From Fidelibacterota bacterium (GTDB taxonomy: Bacteria; Fidelibacterota; UBA2242), in the NCBI GenBank assembly GCA_049975265.1, contig JBNGDF010000034.1, forward strand, positions 1 to 22,089: a DNA stretch of 22,089 nt, read 5' to 3'. The notes under the pieces were generated by a model. That model searched no databases. It was not told where the DNA came from and saw only the letters and a program-made list of their open reading frames with translations. Positions 19,422 to 22,089 of this stretch are shown here, in pieces. The translations under genes and the position numbers were made by a program. Numbering within the stretch: the stretch's first letter is position 1; every line of letters begins with the position of its first letter.

Positions 19422-20099
19422 TTAATATTCGATCTTGATATCTTTTATATCACCCTGCGGATTTTGCAGCTGAATCCGTAAAGTATTGGTGGTCTCCTCA
19501 TCCTCATCTTCCGGTGCGGCACCCTCCTGAGTGACCTCCACCGTCAACTGCCCGTCGGGTGTAGAGGTACCGGTCTCATTGGCACCGATGGTAACCACCG
19601 TTCCGCTCTCATTATTTGTCACTTCGATGGAACCCGACATGCCATAAAAGACGTCCCCCATGACAGGATCGGACATAACCCAGAATACCGTTCCCTTTAC
19701 CGATGCCACCGAGGTCGGCGTCGCGATGATGAATTCACCCTTTCGCTGCGGACTGACTTCCGCTTTGAGTGTGCCGACCTGCATGGCGATCTGTTTGGAA
19801 ATCGATTCGGTGGTTCGCGTACCTGAGACTGTCATTTCCGAATTTTCACGAACCTTTATCTGGCTCTTGTCATCCAGGAATACCAGCACGGCGTAGCCGT
19901 CTTCACCGGTTTTGATTTGATCCTGATCGAACAGTGATGTGCCCGGTTTTATTCCAAGTTGAAATTTTTCCTCATCGGCGCGTTTTATGCTGGTTTCACC
20001 CCGGGCTTTTAACGCCAGCGCCAACCGATCACCGGCCCAGCCCTGGGTCGTAAACATCAGAAGAAATAAGATCAGTGATATGGGATACGATGTTTTCAT
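19422..20099 (-). CDS. Exported FecR-domain protein
   Basis: Signal peptide (…TQGWA/G); FecR-type motifs D.IKTGEDGYAVLVFLDDKSQIKVRENSE, FIIATPTSVASVKGTVFWV, GSIEV. Confidence 0.85.
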   Translation of the reverse strand: MKTSYPISLILFLLMFTTQGWAGDRLALALKARGETSIKRADEEKFQLGIKPGTSLFDQDQIKTGEDGYAVLVFLDDKSQIKVRENSEMTVSGTRTTESISKQIAMQVGTLKAEVSPQRKGEFIIATPTSVASVKGTVFWVMSDPVMGDVFYGMSGSIEVTNNESGTVVTIGANETGTSTPDGQLTVEVTQEGAAPEDEDEETTNTLRIQLQNPQGDIKDIKIEY

Positions 20100-20116
20100 G
20101 ATTTATTCCTACTCTT

Positions 20117-21367
20117 TTACTCTACACTGATTGTTTTAATCGTAATCTGACCGCTCAAGACCTGCGACGCCAAAGCCGTCAACTGGTCCTGAGTTAATTG
20201 CTGGGTATCATTAAGGGTTACGACGCCCGTGGGGACGAACCCATTTAATTCGCCGGAAAAGAGAAGATTATAGGTATCGGTGTCCAGTATTTGTTCTAAT
20301 ATCTGAAGATAAAAATTTGCCCCGCTGGTAGCGGTACCGCCGGAAGCGGTGGTGCTGCCGCTCATTGACGGAATCGTAAATACGAAAATATCGCTCTCGA
20401 TCATTTCCGAGCCGGAAGTAGTGGGATAGACTTTCTGAACCTGCCAGACGTAGGCCTGCCCTTCTTCGAGGGGTTTGGCGCCGGTAAACGGGTACTGAAA
20501 AGTCGTACCGACAGTTAACAATTTACCACTGCTGCCGGCGACCGGCATGGACGGAAGCGTATAAAAACCGCCGTCATCCGGATACGGAAGATTCGCCCGA
20601 TCAGAGAGAGCCTCATCGATGGAGCTGTGAATGGTCGGATCATATTCTGCTACCCGAATAAAATAGCCACATTCGGGACAATGCGTCGCGGTCCACATAA
20701 AATCGGTCGATTCCCATTGAAACAGAGGGTAGAGGGAAAAAATCTCGATATTGTCATCCAGTTGACCGCCCGGAGCAACCAGTTCCAGATCGGTCGGATT
20801 GCCAACGGATATCACCTCCCGTTCAGACAGCGTCTGTCCGCCGACTTCGGTAACAGAAAAGTAGAAAATGTAATCGCCGGCAGGGAGTTTCAATCCGGAC
20901 AGGATTGCCGACTGCAGCTGATTGAATTCTTCCTCGGGAATAAATTCAAATTCATCTTCTTCAATCCCGGTAACCTCGCGTCCGTCATCGTAATAGATGT
21001 TGTCCATATTCAAATCCAGGTCCCGGGTCGAGATAGATACGGTACCGTTGAAATCAAAGGGCTCTGTTTTAATATAGATGATTCGCCGGTTATTCAGTCC
21101 GAGACTGGGCACGTTGGCAATCATTTCGAATTCGATCACAATCCGGGCAGGTGTACCGCTGCCGGGAGTGCCGTCACCATCCGGTGCAATGTACTCGAGG
21201 CAGTACTCAAAAATATCGGGATTGTTTATTCCGTGATTGAAATCAAAGTCGCCAATATAAAACACTTCAACATTATTAAAATAATTCGTTCTGAGGGTCA
21301 ATTGAGCAAATACCGACGAGAAGATCAGGGTGGCGGCAACACCTATTTTACATATCTTCGTTTTCAT
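20117..21367 (-). CDS. Exported hypothetical protein (beta-rich N domain, FN3/Ig-like domain, S/T/G linker, small C-terminal domain)
   Basis: ATG 21367 preferred over GTG 21373 (SD AGGAG); signal peptide …SSVFA/Q; PLFQW...YFIRVAE...FQYP...PLEEGQAYVWQV pattern; linker SMSGSTTASGGTATSGA. Confidence 0.75.
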   Translation of the reverse strand: MKTKICKIGVAATLIFSSVFAQLTLRTNYFNNVEVFYIGDFDFNHGINNPDIFEYCLEYIAPDGDGTPGSGTPARIVIEFEMIANVPSLGLNNRRIIYIKTEPFDFNGTVSISTRDLDLNMDNIYYDDGREVTGIEEDEFEFIPEEEFNQLQSAILSGLKLPAGDYIFYFSVTEVGGQTLSEREVISVGNPTDLELVAPGGQLDDNIEIFSLYPLFQWESTDFMWTATHCPECGYFIRVAEYDPTIHSSIDEALSDRANLPYPDDGGFYTLPSMPVAGSSGKLLTVGTTFQYPFTGAKPLEEGQAYVWQVQKVYPTTSGSEMIESDIFVFTIPSMSGSTTASGGTATSGANFYLQILEQILDTDTYNLLFSGELNGFVPTGVVTLNDTQQLTQDQLTALASQVLSGQITIKTISVE

Positions 21368-21502
21368 AAACACTCCTTCTCCTTCTACTCTAAATTAAAG
21401 GGTCGCTGAGACAATTGGTGTGAGATAGAACATAAATGAGAGCTTTTTTATTTATAAATAATGTATAAAGCAAATGTAAATAAGGAGTCATCAAGATACA
21501 AT

Positions 21503-21527
21503 AAAAAAATCCCGCCAAAGCGGGATT
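21503..21527 (-). terminator. Intrinsic terminator of the rRNA operon
   Basis: Minus strand AATCCCGC-TTTG-GCGGGATT running into a T tract, directly downstream of 5S. Confidence 0.88.
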
Positions 21528-21536
21528 AAAAGGTTT

Positions 21537-21653
21537 TCCGGCAGCGACCTACTTTTCCATCCCGTGGCCGGGACAGTATCATCGGCGCTAGAGGGCTTAA
21601 CTACCGAGTTCGGGATGGGATCGGGTGTGGCCCCTCTGCCATTGCCACCGGAA
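21537..21653 (-). rRNA. rrf: 5S rRNA (ends approximate)
   Basis: Minus strand CCGGTGGC...CACCCGATCCCATCCCGAACTCGGTAGTTAAG...GCCGATGATACT...AGTAGGTCGCTGCCGG with complementary ends. Confidence 0.97.
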
Positions 21654-21714
21654 AAAGATTGCATTGGGAAAAATGTACTTCGAAATTTCAGGAATCTAAC
21701 TCATAAAGAGTTTT

Positions 21715-22089
<375 letters not shown>

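Noticed and set aside
20666..20683. HCPEC as a c-type heme-binding motif
   Set aside because: The heme motif is CxxCH; here His precedes the cysteines and Gly follows
14529..21367. Four-gene module as a mobile island inserted after the rRNA operon
   Set aside because: No integrase, transposase, tRNA target or flanking direct repeats seen
20627..21409. 260-aa plus-strand ORF
   Set aside because: Antisense to the exported-protein gene, which has a good SD and signal peptide; no motifs
21654..21714. Possible tRNA or ncRNA in the 23S-5S spacer
   Set aside because: Only about 60 nt with no cloverleaf or T-loop motif

Overview
All recognisable features are on the minus strand. Reading right to left: (1) the 3' end of an rRNA operon (partial 23S, 5S, intrinsic terminator); (2) a compact four-gene envelope module encoding an exported ~416-aa protein, a signal-peptide FecR-domain protein, an 859-aa Ig-like plus outer-membrane beta-barrel protein and a CHASE2 class III adenylate cyclase, closed by its own terminator; (3) a perfect TTGACA-N17-TATAAT promoter ahead of a tightly packed 13-gene run: porX-like (REC-PglZ), tsaE, tsaB, rimI, accD, surE, guaA, TPR/periplasmic-binding LpoA-like gene, pgeF, yqeY, cvpA, mutS2, dnaG. 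PorX together with canonical sigma70 and Shine-Dalgarno signals suggests a diderm FCB-group bacterium outside the Bacteroidia, e.g. Marinimicrobia/KSB1/Calditrichota-like (inference). The best candidate for an undescribed system is the four-gene module, which looks like a sigma-factor-independent trans-envelope cAMP signalling device. No mobile elements or CRISPR arrays were seen. All family calls come from motif recognition, not database searches.
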